A DNA stretch of 64,000 bases, taken from positions 1 through 64,000 of the IMG/VR virus record IMGVR_UViG_3300045988_113959; one strand, given 5' to 3'. The position numbers and the translations under genes are program-made. The DNA is from a virus. This document shows, piece after piece, positions 42,167 through 57,100 of this stretch. Numbering within the stretch: position 1 is the stretch's first letter; each line of letters begins with the position of its first letter. The notes below the pieces were generated by a model, which was not told where the DNA came from, did no database searches, and worked only from the letters and a program-made list of their open reading frames with translations.

Positions 42167-45100
42167 TTAATATGAGATATAAGAGTTTTAATAATGGTAG
42201 TAAAAATAAAACTTCATATACAACTCCTAGTGCAAACGCATGGTTAGCCAGTTTTGAGCAAAATAAAGCCGCTCAAAACCAGGCTTTCTCTGCGCCTTAT
42301 AATAGTGGTATATATAAAGGAGACGCTACTTCCATTTACAATGCTCCCGCTACGTATAGTTATGTGGACAACGGAGCAAGCATAGAGCAAGATTCATGGC
42401 TCGACAAAGCAAAAAGCTTTATTGATAATTTAAATTCATCAACATTAGCTCTTACTGTTGGTATGGCTATTGGTGATGTTGGTTTTAAAAACACAGCGAG
42501 GGCGTTTACACAAAAAATGCTCGAAACTTCATCTAGTGACGATTTAGCTAAAATAGATGATTATCAGCAAGGTCTTAATGATATATAGCTCGTTGAAGAG
42601 TATAGTAAATTTCAAAATGACAAAAGTAAGCTCGAAGCACTTATGAATTACCATATAAAATCTGGTGGTAGTACGAGTGATATAGAATATCAAACACTTA
42701 AAGTTCAATATGATGAAGCTAATAAGCAAATAAAGAGTCTTGATGATTATTTTACAGGAGAAGGTAGAAATCATCAAGTTGTCAGAAAACTTATGTACAA
42801 TCTTGACAATGTATCAACTTCTGATAAAATTAAAGCAAACGCATCTTATATATTTCAAAACTTAGGTGGAAATGATAAATGGTATGATGGTCCGATTCAA
42901 TTATTAAACCTTGGTAAAAACATTCTAAATTACGGAGCTAATTATTTAGGGAAGCTTGGAAATGCTACAGGATTAACTAATAATTCATATTACAATACAG
43001 CTATAACAGAGCAAGCAATCATGAACTCTGATTCATTCTTAAATCTTTACAAGAAAAATCAAAAACAATACGACGTAAAGAAAGCTCAGGAATGGAAGAA
43101 GTATTTTAAAGATATGATTGCAGAAAAAACCGTAGAATATGAACAAGATAAATATGCTGCAAGAACTGGTAATGTAACACTTGGTTAGATGGCTAGTGCT
43201 ATTCCTGTTATAAGTATGTTATATGATGGAAGTGTGAGTAATTCTCTAAACCTAAAAAGAAATGCTTTAAAAAATAAAGATAATTGGGCTAATGGAACTA
43301 TAAAACTTTATAATCCAGAAGATATTCCAGAATCATTTAAACAAGGTGTAGATAAGTTTGGTGAAAACTGGTATGATTTTATTATACATCCCCAATATGC
43401 TGCTGTACAATCTGCATCTAGCGTTGCTATGATGAAACATACTCTTAATGCTCAAGGTGTAGATGCGTTATTAATGTTTGCTGCTAAAAAACTTCCAGTT
43501 ATAGGTTGGGCTGCAACTGGAGCATCTGTTGCTAATAGTATTAATTCTGCGGTTAAACAGCGCGAGCAAGAAACTGGAATGGAAAAGATTCAAGGTCTTG
43601 GTACAAGAGTATTCTCTGAACTTGCCGCTACAGATGAAAGAAATATAAGTAATGTTATATCTGAAATTAAAGATTATGCAAGAAGAAATAATCTTGATAC
43701 AACAGATATGACTCCTCAAGAACTTATAGAGATGGGTGTTGCTTTTAATGTACAAACAGACAACTCAGCATTTGAACAAATTAAAAAAGATGCAAGAAAG
43801 GGTATAAATAAACTTGTTAATGCGAATAACGCATTAGCTTTGATGGATTATGCTCAACAAATGCCATTCTATTCATTCGGTGGTAAAGCTTTAAATAAAT
43901 TTGCTAAAGCTGTTATTAATAGTAGAGCTAATCAAGCTATAGCTAAATTTTTAAGCCCTTCTTTACGAGCAGCATCATCTAAGCTATCACAACCAGTAAT
44001 GGAAGAACTTGTTGGCGTTCAAGATTATTTACCTACATTTAATGGTATCTTTAATGCTGCTACAGATAAAATAGCAAATAGATTTATAAAGAAAGAAGCA
44101 GCTTCTGCAGAGTAGTTTGCAAGCAATATGACAAAAGGTCTTTATACAAAGTCTTTAGGTAATTATTTAAAAAATAAAAGCAAACTTTTACTCGCAGAGG
44201 GTATTTCTGAAGGAATTGAAGAAGGTCAACAGCAGATATTACAAGATAGATACGCAAGAGGACTTTATGACGAATACGGAAAAGATGCTAATATATTAGA
44301 TATAGATGAAGTATTTGGCAATGTAGGTCTCGCTGGCGAATCTGTTCTTGCTTATTTTGGTTTAAGACCATTTGATAAGAACTTGAATACTGATGAGATT
44401 AGGAAGGCTATGAATATAGGTTTTGCTTCATCTATTATACAAAGTGGAGTTCAGCATTCGCTTAAAAATGTATTACCATCTAAGTTTAGAAATGGTGATA
44501 GTTTTAGAGATTTTGTACAACAAGTAAAATCAGACAGAACTGTAACAAGCCTTATAGGTAAACATTTTGAAGACCTTGACGACCAGTCTCATCTTGAATT
44601 ATTTTATAATGCATTTAGAAGCGGAATTACTGATAAACAGCTTATAACATCTATGAATAGACTTAAGGGTTAGCTTGATGAAAGTAATCCCTTTATAAGA
44701 AAGTCTAATATGGATGCTGATATATAGTTAATGCAAAACGCATATAATTTATATAACAATAAAGAAATCAGAAAGACTTTAAACGAAGCTGGTATTGAAA
44801 CTTTTAGTGATAAATATAAAAACTTCGTAATAACTGGAGCTAAGAGAATAACAGACTATCAGATGAGTAATGATGCTGCTAATCAAAATGCAATAGAAGT
44901 TGATAGGCTTAATCATGAAAGAGCTAATATTGTAGATATGCTATTTGAAGGAACTTTGTCAGATGATGAAATAAATAAGATTCAAAGTGAAAATCCTAAG
45001 CTTGCGAAAACAATTAAAAAACTTAGTGATGAATATGAATCTACTAAAGAGTCTATAGATAAGAAGCGTAAAGATGATTTTAATTTATTTACCAAAGAAC

Positions 45101-48100
45101 TAAGTAACTTTGACTCGTTTAAAAACAATAAACATATAAGAGAGTATGTTTCGCAAAATCATGCAAGTGGTAGGCTTGGAAAAGCTGCATTTGATGAAGA
45201 TATAGCAAGTGTGTTTGGAAATGCTTCTTTAAAAAATTCAGCTATAGAATACGCATTTAGACAAGCTCATAAAGAGCAATTTAATAACTTGTCTAAAAAT
45301 TTCAACGATGCTATAAAAAATAAGTTTATAGTTAAAGCTTTACGTTCTAAACTTAATGCCGAAGTAATATATTCTTCTTTAATTGATAGATTTAAAAACG
45401 ATAAAGATTTTTCTGAAGAGATAAGAAGCATTGCTGAGGATTATGCTTTTAACAACAACGTATCTAAAGCTGAATTTATTAAAGAAAGAATAGCCGTATT
45501 AAATTCTCGTAGACAACTTAATAATATAAGAAAGATATTATCATTATCTGAATCAAGGTTGGAATTTCTTAATTTATATCAAATAGAGACTGGTCTTGAT
45601 ATAGATACAAGTAAGCTTGGAACTCTTATATCAGAACTTAAGAGAATGGAGAAAGGTCTTGTTGATGAACAAAATAGAGTTCTTGGGAATAAGAAAGGTA
45701 AAATAAACTATACATATGATGATTTGTTTGAAGACGACATTGAGGAGTATGAAATAGATAATGATAATTCTTATGACTAGGCTGTTACAAGATACTTTAT
45801 AAATAAAGCTTCTTTGAAATCTCAAAAGATATTAGCTCAAATGTATTCTCTTGCTGGTAATAAAGATATATCTATAAATCCAATATCTCTTAATGAAGCT
45901 ATAAATGGTACAAATAGAACTGACGTGTTTAATGAAGAACTCACCCAGTTTGAGAAGATGAATGCTAGGCTTAATTCTAGGAATGAATTAGAATCTGAAC
46001 ATGTTGATGTGTAGGTTACTCGTAAAGATATGAGCGAAGTTTCTAAAAAAGCTCAATTAAAACAGCTTCTTAAAGACCTTGAAGACCAAGAACATAGATA
46101 TAGAATAGCTAATAGGTTATGGAAAAATGCACCAGTTACAGAAGTAGATTTAAATGATGCTACAGACGGTGATGAAGAAGCTTAGGATAAAGTTGATTCA
46201 GCAGTGGATAAAATCATCAATGCTGCAGATAGCGAAAAATCTAATACTACTGAAGGTGAAGTGCCTGCAAGTAGTGAGCTTATAACTCCTGATACGTTAC
46301 ACCAAGAAGACGAGCTTGCTGAAAGATATATGAATAGAAATAAAACTCGTGATGATAGAAAGCGTAAACAAAAAGAAAAAGCTCTGAATGGTAAAAAGGA
46401 TACAGATGATGTTGAAGATAATAATTCTAAAGAAGAACTTAAAGAAAGCCCAAAAGACCCATTAAGCTCTCTTATTAATGGAATGATGGCTGATGATTCT
46501 GATGTTAACGAAGAGGGTGATGGTGGTGAAACCGTTCCAAGTAAAGATACACCAGCTAAAAAATAGCCAGAAAACAAACCAGCCAAATCTACAAGTACTC
46601 GAGATGAAGATGATATTGATAGTATTATAGATAATGGTGATAAAACAGATTCTGAACTTGATTCTAAAACTGAAAAACAGAAAGATGATTATTTAGAAGA
46701 AGAATTTCCAGATGATGCTGATTATGAAGAACCTGAAGAATATATTGAAGATGATTCTGAAACTCAAGAAGCTGCTGTTGAATTAGAGTTAGAAGACGAT
46801 GATGTTCAATAGACTGCGTCTGAAGTTGAAGCTGAGGTATTAAACGATGAAATTGATATTCAAGAAGCTGCGGCAGAAGCCGAGGCTGAATCTTTTGAAT
46901 ATATAGAAGATGCTAGTGATATTGATACAGAAGATTATAGTACAACCGGAAGGGTAAAATACAAAGATAAAGTTCTATCTAAGAAGCAGTCTAAACAATT
47001 AATGGACGAGCTTATAATATTAGGTAGGGCTGAGATTGATGGATTTGACCAAAAAGAACTTCCAGATGGAACTGTGCAAGATGTTGAGATGTATAGAATG
47101 AATGTTACAGATGATACTATAGGTAGTTTTATAAGCAATACATTCTTCTATCAACCAAATCCAGACTTATTTGAAGAAACTGGAGAATATGAATTAATGA
47201 AGCTTACTGTTAATGGTGAGCAAGTTAAGCTAAATAAACCTTTAGCATCTGGCAAGCAATTGTCTGAAAAGCTTTCTCAAGAAGGTTGGTTACAGTCTAC
47301 AAAAAAATACTATATAGTAACTCAATCTCAACAGTCCGAGAAGAATACTATAGGCGACGTTAGAGACTCAATGACCGTATGTCTTATACTTGAAGATGAC
47401 AATAATACATACGCTACTACTCTTAGAGCTCTTGGATTAATGGTTAGTGATATACCTGGAGACCCAAATGGTAAATATACAGTATCTCAATAGAAGAATT
47501 TAATTGACAGATTAATAACAAAAGGTGTTGATTTTTCTAAGATATTAAAGCCAGGGCAAAGATTACCAAATAGTTATAGCAGAAGGGCTAAGTTAGCCAT
47601 AGATGCTATAAACGCAATGGAAATGAAGCTTGCTAAATCTTGGTGGATTAGTCAGGGTAGAAAAGAAAGTGATTTTGAAAACTGGTGGTTACATAAACCA
47701 TTAAAGAAAGATTATCACAAATCTGAATATGAGAATGAATACAAGCAAGATTTAACAACTTGGAGGAATGTACATACTCAATTTAAAATACTTGCAAGAA
47801 AACATTATCAAAAACCTGGTAAGAAAATGCTTACCGAAGAAGCTATAAAAGACCAAATAAATGGTCTTAGAGAGCTTAGAAATAGTATAATTGATAAGTA
47901 TTTAGAAAAAAGAATTATCAAACAAAATGGTAAAGAAGTTGTTGAATATATATTCCCAGAACATGTTAGAGATGATGTAACTCCATCTTATGTTCAACAA
48001 AGTAATGGTGTTATAGATAATGTTAAAGAGAAGAGAGTTGTTGGTAATAATGGTTCAGCTACAATAGATTAGATACAAACTCAAATAAACGACGGAAGTA

Positions 48101-51100
48101 TTCTTCTTGGATATGGTAAAGGTGCATTAGCAGAGACTTCTGAACAATTTGCAATATATGGTTTATTATCAAAAGATTCTGGAAAGATTTATGATGGTAA
48201 AGGGTTGTCTGGTAAGCTATATTGGCTTGTTAAAGGATTATCTGGAACAGATGCACTTGTACCAATAATGCTACATGAGGAAAGATTCGATACTCAGGAT
48301 TTTATAGATAAGGAAGGACATAGAAAAACTAAGTTCATAGGTTCTAAAGATGATGTTAAACTCACTCTATCATATGACGCTATACAAGGAAAACTCATAA
48401 ATACAAGTAATGGTAAAATTATTCCATCTACTGCTGAGATTTTGATGTATATGCTATGCGGAAGATTTAATTTTGGAACTAATAATAGGACTGAAATTGA
48501 TAATATTGTAGAGTTCTTTATACATAGCGGTGAGAAAACACTATTGAGAAATCAACCAAAAACTGGCGGAGACCCTATGAACTTCTTAGCAAGAAAGCAA
48601 TTATTCTTTGGAGATGTTGATAATAGTGGTATAAATAAGTTACATATAGGTATAGGCGACCCTCTCAACGGTTATCAAGAAAAGATATATACCGAAGATG
48701 AAATATTTGAAGATTCAGAACAAGGAGAAGCTAATAGAAGAGAAATAGTTCATGCTATAGCGACTCAAATGCACTGGAATACTGATATAGATTTTATAAA
48801 CTCATCTATAAAAGTTGGAGATTCTACATCATTAATTGGTAGATTTATACAAAATATGATTAGTGAGTATTTCTCCGGTAAAGGTTTAACTCCAGAACAG
48901 CAGCTTGAAAAAACTATAGATATTCTTGATAATAAACAACTATCATTTAAGGTTAGTGATTTCTTTGAACTTAAGAATGGTAAATTTGCACCAAAGTCAA
49001 ACGTTAGTGTGTTAGCTTGGCTTCTTTCTAATAAAAAAGTAAGTACAGATGTATCTAAAAAGATATTTAAAGACCCATTCGTATTTGCTGGTGGTGTTAA
49101 TTCAGAAGCTCCAGCTCCGTCTAATGGAAAACCGCAATCAACTTCAAAAGTTGAACTTGTTGGTAGTAATAATGATGTTGTTAGTACTGGTTTTAGTGTA
49201 ATAAATCCCGATTTATTCAATAAGGCTAATGAAGCTGCTGGTAGTAAAGTAGAAGATGGTAGTAAAGTGGTAGAGCTTCGTAAAAACATGGGATTCAAAT
49301 CTCCTAAAACACAAGAAGAAAGAGAAGCTTACAGAAAACAACTTGAAGAGGCTCATATAAGTGCTAATAAGAATGGAGGTTTGCAAGATGCTATATATGT
49401 AACAGACCCATATTTAAATACAGACTTTAATAAGTTTAATGTAGGTAATATGGATAAGCTTATAGACCATCTAAACTCTCTTGTAAAAGACTTCTTGGAT
49501 AAGTATAATAAAGAATACGGAACTTCATATAAAATTGAAGACATTGGCGGTATAACAAAAAACACAGCTCTTACAACTATAAATAATATTAGAAATAACA
49601 ACGGTTACCTTAGATTGGATTTGTTTAAAAACGGTAAGGGTAAACTTCAGTTTACAACAAGTACAATGAAAACTTGGAGCCAACCAGTAACTGGTGTATA
49701 TTCTAAACATAAATCAAATGGTAAGTTTGATAAAGATAAGGCTGTTAAGTGGCTTGAAAAACATCTAGGTATAAACAGATATAATATTATAGTTAGAAAC
49801 GGCGTAATGAGAAGTACCGATAACGAATAGGTATTTGGTGTTACGCAGGTGTCTTTAGATAGAATAGCTGGCGAGCTTACAGGTCTTATACAACTTTCAA
49901 CAAATGGTGGTGAAGGTGTTACATATCACGAGGCTTGGCACTATGTAAACTTGTTGCTTAATGATGCTAACACACGTTCTAAAATATGGGATTCATACGT
50001 TAAGACTCATAAAGAACTTAATAGAGATGGCGTAACAAATCTTATGATAGAAGAAGCTCTTGCCGATGAGTTTATGAACTATATAGTTATGCAGCAAGAT
50101 AATTCTCTACCAGGAATGGTTAAGAAGTTGTTTAATAACATACTTGACTTTGTTGTAACATCTCGTAGAAAGTCTGCGTATAGAGCTTTATTTAGATCTA
50201 TAAAAAGAGGTGAGTTTGGTAATACCGAACACCTTGATAAACAATCAGCTAAAGAGTTTGCTGAAAAGTATAAATATGGTGTAAACAAAATAGATTATTC
50301 AGTTCCTGGATTTTCTAATAAGGATTTAAATAATCTTAAGTATATAGATAATCATACAGATTTATTTGCTGTATTAGACGCCGTTGTTAGAAAAGTTATA
50401 TCTGACTTTAATATAGACTCTATAGATAAGATTAAATAGATTTCTGGTGCGTACGATAAGAATCAACAGCTTGATTTTAGTATGCTTCTTGACAAGGTTC
50501 AAGATATGGCTGACGAAGCTGATTCAGAACAAATGTCATCAATGCTTCAAGATATACATGATAACCCAGAATTTTTAAAGCGTAAGCTTGTAGAAACTTT
50601 TGCTGATTTTGGAATAAATGTTAAGATTAGAAGAGAAGAGGATGTTGATGAAGCTGAAGATGCAGAAGAAAGAAATGATTTTGAGTTTGATAAGTTTGAT
50701 TTATCTATAAGTAAAAAAGACAATGCGGCTTTAAGAGTTAAGATGTTTATGTATTCAATACCTAAATACACAAGAGTTTTTAATGAAGATGGTTCAGTAG
50801 ATATACAGATGGTACAAGATGGCTTTGGCTCGTCTTTATTCTGGGATTTCAACGAAGCTTGGACAAAGATTCTTAAAGATTTATGGCAAGCCTCATCTCT
50901 TGACGATGTATATACTGAAGACGTTGTTAAAGATGGAGTTGTTAAATATAATAAGGGTGAATATAAATACAATTCTATATACGGAATGGTTTCTCGTAGA
51001 GCAGAATCGGATGTGTTTTATTACGCACTCAAAGAAAAACTTAACCAATTACTTGCTAATAAAAATCCAGATGTTTAGCTTAGAAGCCAATTGTTTGCTA

Positions 51101-54100
51101 CCATAAATTCAAGCAAACCAAATGTATCTTATATAAAAATATCAGACCCAAAAGATTGGAATAATAACGATGACGAATTTATTGATGATACAGATATAGA
51201 TTCAAGTTTATATCAATTCTCATTAATATCTGATAAACTTAGAGAGTGGAGAATAAATGATGATTCACTTGTATCAACTGAAAGAAATATTGCAAGACAG
51301 TGGTCTAAGAATCTATTTACAAACGGTTTGACAAAGATTGATGGTAATAATGGTATAGTTGTTAGCGATTCTTTTGTTAGTAGCAGGCAAAGAGAACTTG
51401 ATAAAGTTATAAGAAAACTATCTAAACTTCTTGTTAAAAAGAATAAAAGATATATATCAGGCGAATCAACGGTACTATCTAAACTTAATAATACTGGTGA
51501 AGAATCTGCAATAAAGAATGATATTGTTAAATTCTTAAACTCTATAGGCATAGATGCTGATAGACAGTCTATAGATATTTATATATCTATGAACTCCGAT
51601 AATGAGAATGTATCTGGATACGAACAAGCCAAAATACTTCATAGACTTCTTAGTAGCACAGATAAAGCTAAAGGAGGTATAAGTGGTATTATAAATGAAA
51701 CATTATCATCTTCTGTGGGTGAAAATATAATTCAAGCTGATAGTGTTAATGGTTTTGAAAAACAGTTAGATCAAGTATATAACAACTATAACAAAGATTC
51801 ATTTATAGCACAACTTGCTGTATCTTGGGACGCTGTACATCCAGACCCATCAGACTTCTCTGTAAAAGGACCAAGTGGAGAAATGTATTATCCTATAGGA
51901 TAGAATAACTATATATCAAGTAGGGTTAGAAATCTAAACGATGCACAGTCTGAAACTTCTAAAAATCTTAGAAGAGACCCTTATTCAAGACACTCTTTAT
52001 TGCTTGATGCTGCTGACAATGTTAACGAAGATGATTCTAAAACACAGCTTAGGATAAATGCATTTGTCGGTCTTAAAGATGGTGATAGATTAAAAGGTAG
52101 TGATTATTTTGGAATAACAGCTATGGAAGATTATCTTTCAAAGATGTACATGACAGAGAACGACCATCTTATATTACCAACTATGGCTGATAAGAAAACT
52201 TGGTACTCTATAACATCACCAAATCTAAAATTAAGACATGATGTTGTAATATCAGAAATACCAAATAAACTTATTAGAAGTGCTGCTGTTGATGTTTATA
52301 CTGAGAATTTTAAAACTATAAAGAAATTTAAGAGTGATAATAGTATTGTCGAAGTACCAATTAATGAGTTAGATGATTACGAATTAAAGTCTTATGTAAT
52401 GGATTGGTATAGAAGTCTCCCATCTAATAGTTATAATAGAGAAGATATTGAAAGCAGAGCTATTAACCAAATGTATAATGGTTCTAATTTTAATGGCTTT
52501 AGTGTAGATATAAATGGAAATATTATTCCTAAATATTCTAATGATACATTAAATATACTTGCTGGTTATTTTATAGATGAACTAGATGCTCTTATACAGT
52601 ACTATTCTGAAGATAATATAAAATATCTTACTGAAAATCCAAATAAACTTCAAGAAAATTTCCATGGTGTTATAAAGGATGGTAGAATGGACTTTTCTGG
52701 TAATGGTGGTAAATTTAGGTATTTTTACGATATAGTGCCAGAATATATAAATGGGTACAATGTAGAACATAATCTAAACCTAAACCAAATTCTACAGGCA
52801 ATATTTGAAGCTCAGAAAAAGCTTGAAACACCTGGATTTAAGGTTACAGAAGATGACAATTCAGTTATGAATGGTTATAATGTATCACAATTAAGAGCTT
52901 TGCGTTCAGATAAGTCTGAATTAGATGGATTTGAACTTGTTAGAGATTATTTAAAAAAGTTGAGAGAATATGCTGTAGAAGAGGAGAATCTTGGCATTAA
53001 TAAATATTCAAAGGATATTTTAAATAGTGTAAACAACTTTATATATAGAGGTGTTACTAATGAGCTTGAGCTGTTATCTGAGAACGGACCATTGCAAATG
53101 GTAAAGAAAGATAAAAATGGCAGATTTGTACCTACAAATATACCGCAACAATTCTTTAATCCTTATGTTGAAGCTTTATCTAAGACTAAATTATTCTCAG
53201 GCAACGATTTATACGATAACTATTATATTCAAAATAGTGCACTCGTATCTCTTATAAGTAATCATTTTGTAAATAGTATAATTTCAACTGTAGAATTTGA
53301 AAAAGTATTCTCTGGAGACCCTGCTCAATATAAGAATAAAGGTAACAAGAAAGCTCCTTTTGTTAGTACAACATTATCTATTTCTAATGAAAATAATAAC
53401 ATTAGCATCGATGTTGACGTTGACAACCTAGATGATATGCACTCTGATAAAATCAAACGTCTTGGAAGTACATTATCTCCAGGAGAAGAGATTAGAACTC
53501 AGTATAATAAAGATGAAATAGAAAAGCTAAACATACCAAGTCATTCTAAATACACAACACTTGATGTTGAAGATATTAAAACACCATCATTATTCTACGA
53601 CGAAGTAAAACAAAAATTCTTAACTTAGCTTGTTGTAGATTATGTTAGAACTGGTGTTATAAAAGAACAATTTGATAACTTTATATCACATATAGCTGGC
53701 ATTCTTTATAAGAAAGCTAAAGATAGGTCTAATGGCGAAAACATAAAGCCAAAAAGAGTTTCTAAATCACAGGCTATAGATTTATTATATTCTGACAAAA
53801 CTTACTTTGATATTTTATATAATAGTATTCCTAAAGATATAAAAGAAAGGATAGAATCTCAACTTGACCAATAGATGGACCCATATAAGAAAATAAATGT
53901 ATGTGATGCTCAGGTTATAATAAGACCAGATTTGTATAGAAGAGTTAGAATTGGTCTCGGACAGTGGTCTGTAGTTCCAGATGAAACTGGATATTCTGAT
54001 GAAGATGCGTTTAATATAATCGAAAACGGATATTATATAAACGAAGATGGTGAACGTGTAAACATTGGAGAGCAAGATTGGGCTAAAGATAAAAATCTCG

Positions 54101-57100
54101 CATCAAAGATTCAAAAGTTACAGCTATTCCCATTAAAGATGTCTTATTTTGATAATTATTCTCACAAGGAGGGTGATAATTTTAGAAATAGAACATTACT
54201 TAATAAGATGGCTATATTTCCATTGTTTAAATTTAACATGTCTACAAACACGGGTTCTAAACTATATCTAAGAATGAATAGATATGGTGATTGGATAGAT
54301 ATGATTACTTTTAAATCAGCTGTTAAGGTTGGTGCTGTTCAAAAAGGATTACAGTTAATATCTAATGATTCTAATGTTGAAGATGGCGTTTCTAAACTAT
54401 CTTCTTTAGTTGATAGAGATAGTGATACTGCTATAGATTATAAGACCGGAATTGTTATTAATAAAGGTTCTGAAAATTCACTTTCTGTAAAAGTTCAAAG
54501 TTTAGATAATCTTAGAATGCAGTTAAATACAAAAGCTCACGAAACAGACGAACGTATGATTGGTAAGCAGATGTTTAAGCTGGCATTCTCAAACTTAGTT
54601 GATGATGAGAAGTATGGTCATGGTGATAAAAGAAGAACTGGAAAGTCTATTAGAAAGGATATTATGACCACAATTAATCTACTTACATAGTTTGGTGTAA
54701 TATCTGTAAAAGATGAGTTTTTTAACGAAGATGGAGATGTTGATAATTCTTCTGTATCAAGTTTTGTTTAGAGAGTTTGTAGTAGCAATGGTTTAGGCGC
54801 ATCTGCTTTACAAATACTTAGTAAAGGTGGAACTATATCAAGCTTAATGTCAAGAAGAGTATTTGAGAATAGTGTATCTAAGTTTATAAATAAACTTGTT
54901 GTAGATATAAACTCAAAAGGTGGTACTGCTATTCAGCAATCTGTACTTGGATTCTCTGCATTTAAGAAAGGTGATAATTTACTTGGACTTGAACAAGCTA
55001 AAGGTAGAATACCAAAATCAATACAATTGAATAATGGAAACGAATTAAAGTGGAAGACTAATAAAAACTACACCCAAGTGATATTAAGCGAAAACTTCTT
55101 TAGGGATATAGTTCCAGCTAATATTCAACAAATGGGATATGAAGCTATAAGAGCTTGGTTGTTTGAAAAGAATATAATTGGAGAAAATGCAAATCCACTT
55201 GGTGTTGGCTATCGTATTCCTACACAGGGTCAATCGTCAATGTTTGCGCCACAAGTTGTTGATATTCTTCCAAAACAGTCTGGAGATGTTATAATAGTAC
55301 CAAGAGAGTTTACTGGTCAGACTGGTTCCGACTTCGACGTTGATAAGATATTCTTAGCTCTTAAATACTTTAACAAATCAGGTTCTGAACACGATATAGA
55401 TTATGATTTAATAGAGTCTATTTATAATGGCGAATCTAGTAATATGTAGGTCGCTGTTAAAATTATATCTAAAATGTCTGGAAGAAGTGAAGAGGATGTC
55501 GCTAAAGCTATAGAAAGTCAAGACGATGAGTCTATTAATTCTATTGTTGATGATTTAGATATAGAAAAAGCTGTAAAAAATCACCTTATAAATACTTATA
55601 TAGACATTCTTACAGATGATAAAAACTTCTCACTTGCAAGAGGTTCTATTGACGTTGTAACAAATATATTGCAAGACTAGCTTGTTAAGAAGTATCTAAA
55701 AAATACATCTAATGGCTATTCTGTTGGAGGTTATCAACTTAGTCCGTATTTCCAAACTATGAGAAAACTTGAGTTTAGTTCTGGTAAGCAAGGTATTGGA
55801 CCATTTGCTCTTAATGTTACAAACTTATCTCTTACACAGTACACTAGATTAACATTTGACTATGGTGAAAATCCATATGAGTTTGGAAGTCTTGATGCTA
55901 TATATGGAGAAGATGGAATGCGTATTGCTGACTGGCTATCTGCAATGGTTAATGCTAATGTGGACGTTGCTAAAGACCCATATGTGTTTGCTTTAAATGT
56001 AAACCAAGCTACATATAGTCATACTAACTTCTTAATTAGAGCTGGAAAGGGTCTTGGTGTATTTACATTCCTAACACAACCATCTATAAAAGAGTTTGCT
56101 AATATAAAAAACAACTCTGGTAATGTATATGGTTTTAACTTAGAAGGTGATAAGAGTGAAGGTGATTATACTGGCAAGTATGAAAAGAGTATATATAATC
56201 AAATATACTACGGTATTATAAAACAACTTAAAGAGTGTTTATTAGCTGTTGACGATAAGGATTCTCAAAAGTAGATTAGGAGTTTTATAAACTATGTAGA
56301 TTCTTTAATTATAGACAAAAATCACAAAGATATCACACCAGAGGAAAGAAAGTCTATAAAAAGACCATTTTCTAAGAAGTAGATGTTTGATGTTGAACTT
56401 GGAAAGAAATCGTTAGAATTTAGTAATAGTAAACCAGGAGTTAACAAAGCTTCATCGCTTGCGTTCCAAGCTTGTGCACTAAACTCATTTAAAGATGTTG
56501 GTGTTTATGCTAAAAAATTATCAGATTTAGTTAAAGTATCTCAGATTGATACTAAGAAGTTTGGTAATTCTATAGCTCAGCAAATAAACTTTTCAAATCG
56601 TATAGATGTATTTAAAACAACAGATGGATTTACAATAAACAGAAAAGATTTTAAATCTTGGGTTTAGCAGCTCGCTAAAGAAAGAGAGGCTAAGACTGGG
56701 TAGAAAGTATCTTTAGGGAGATTTGAATCTACCGTAGCTATAAATGAATATTTTAAGAACACATTCTTAGGTAGTAAATTTAAAGAGTCTAAAAAGCTAA
56801 CAAGATTATTACTTAAGAATCAATCGTTTACAGCAACAAGACTATTTGATAATATATTCAGAAACATAATGGGTTAGACATTAGGCTTTAAAGATGCAGA
56901 TGAAAATACTGTTAGTTACAAACCTACTTCAAAAGATGAGGTTGTAAACACAATATCTGATTCTATTGATAATGTCTTAAGGTTCTTATCGTTATTTGGC
57001 GTTGGTTCAAGAATTATTAAATCTGCATCATTTAAAGAAAGAAATCCAGACGCTATAGACTTTACAATGGGTGGTGATATAAATCTTGTTAAAGATAAAA

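Noticed and set aside
46182-46586. Large minus-strand ORFs in the track opposite the giant genes and structural genes (for example 46182-46586, 48765-49298, 50547-50972, 28226-28702, 28778-29131, 21276-21527).
   Set aside because: They are Ser/Leu/Phe-rich low-complexity mirror images of strongly supported plus-strand frames. They have no coupling junctions and would require antisense genes nested in essential virion genes.
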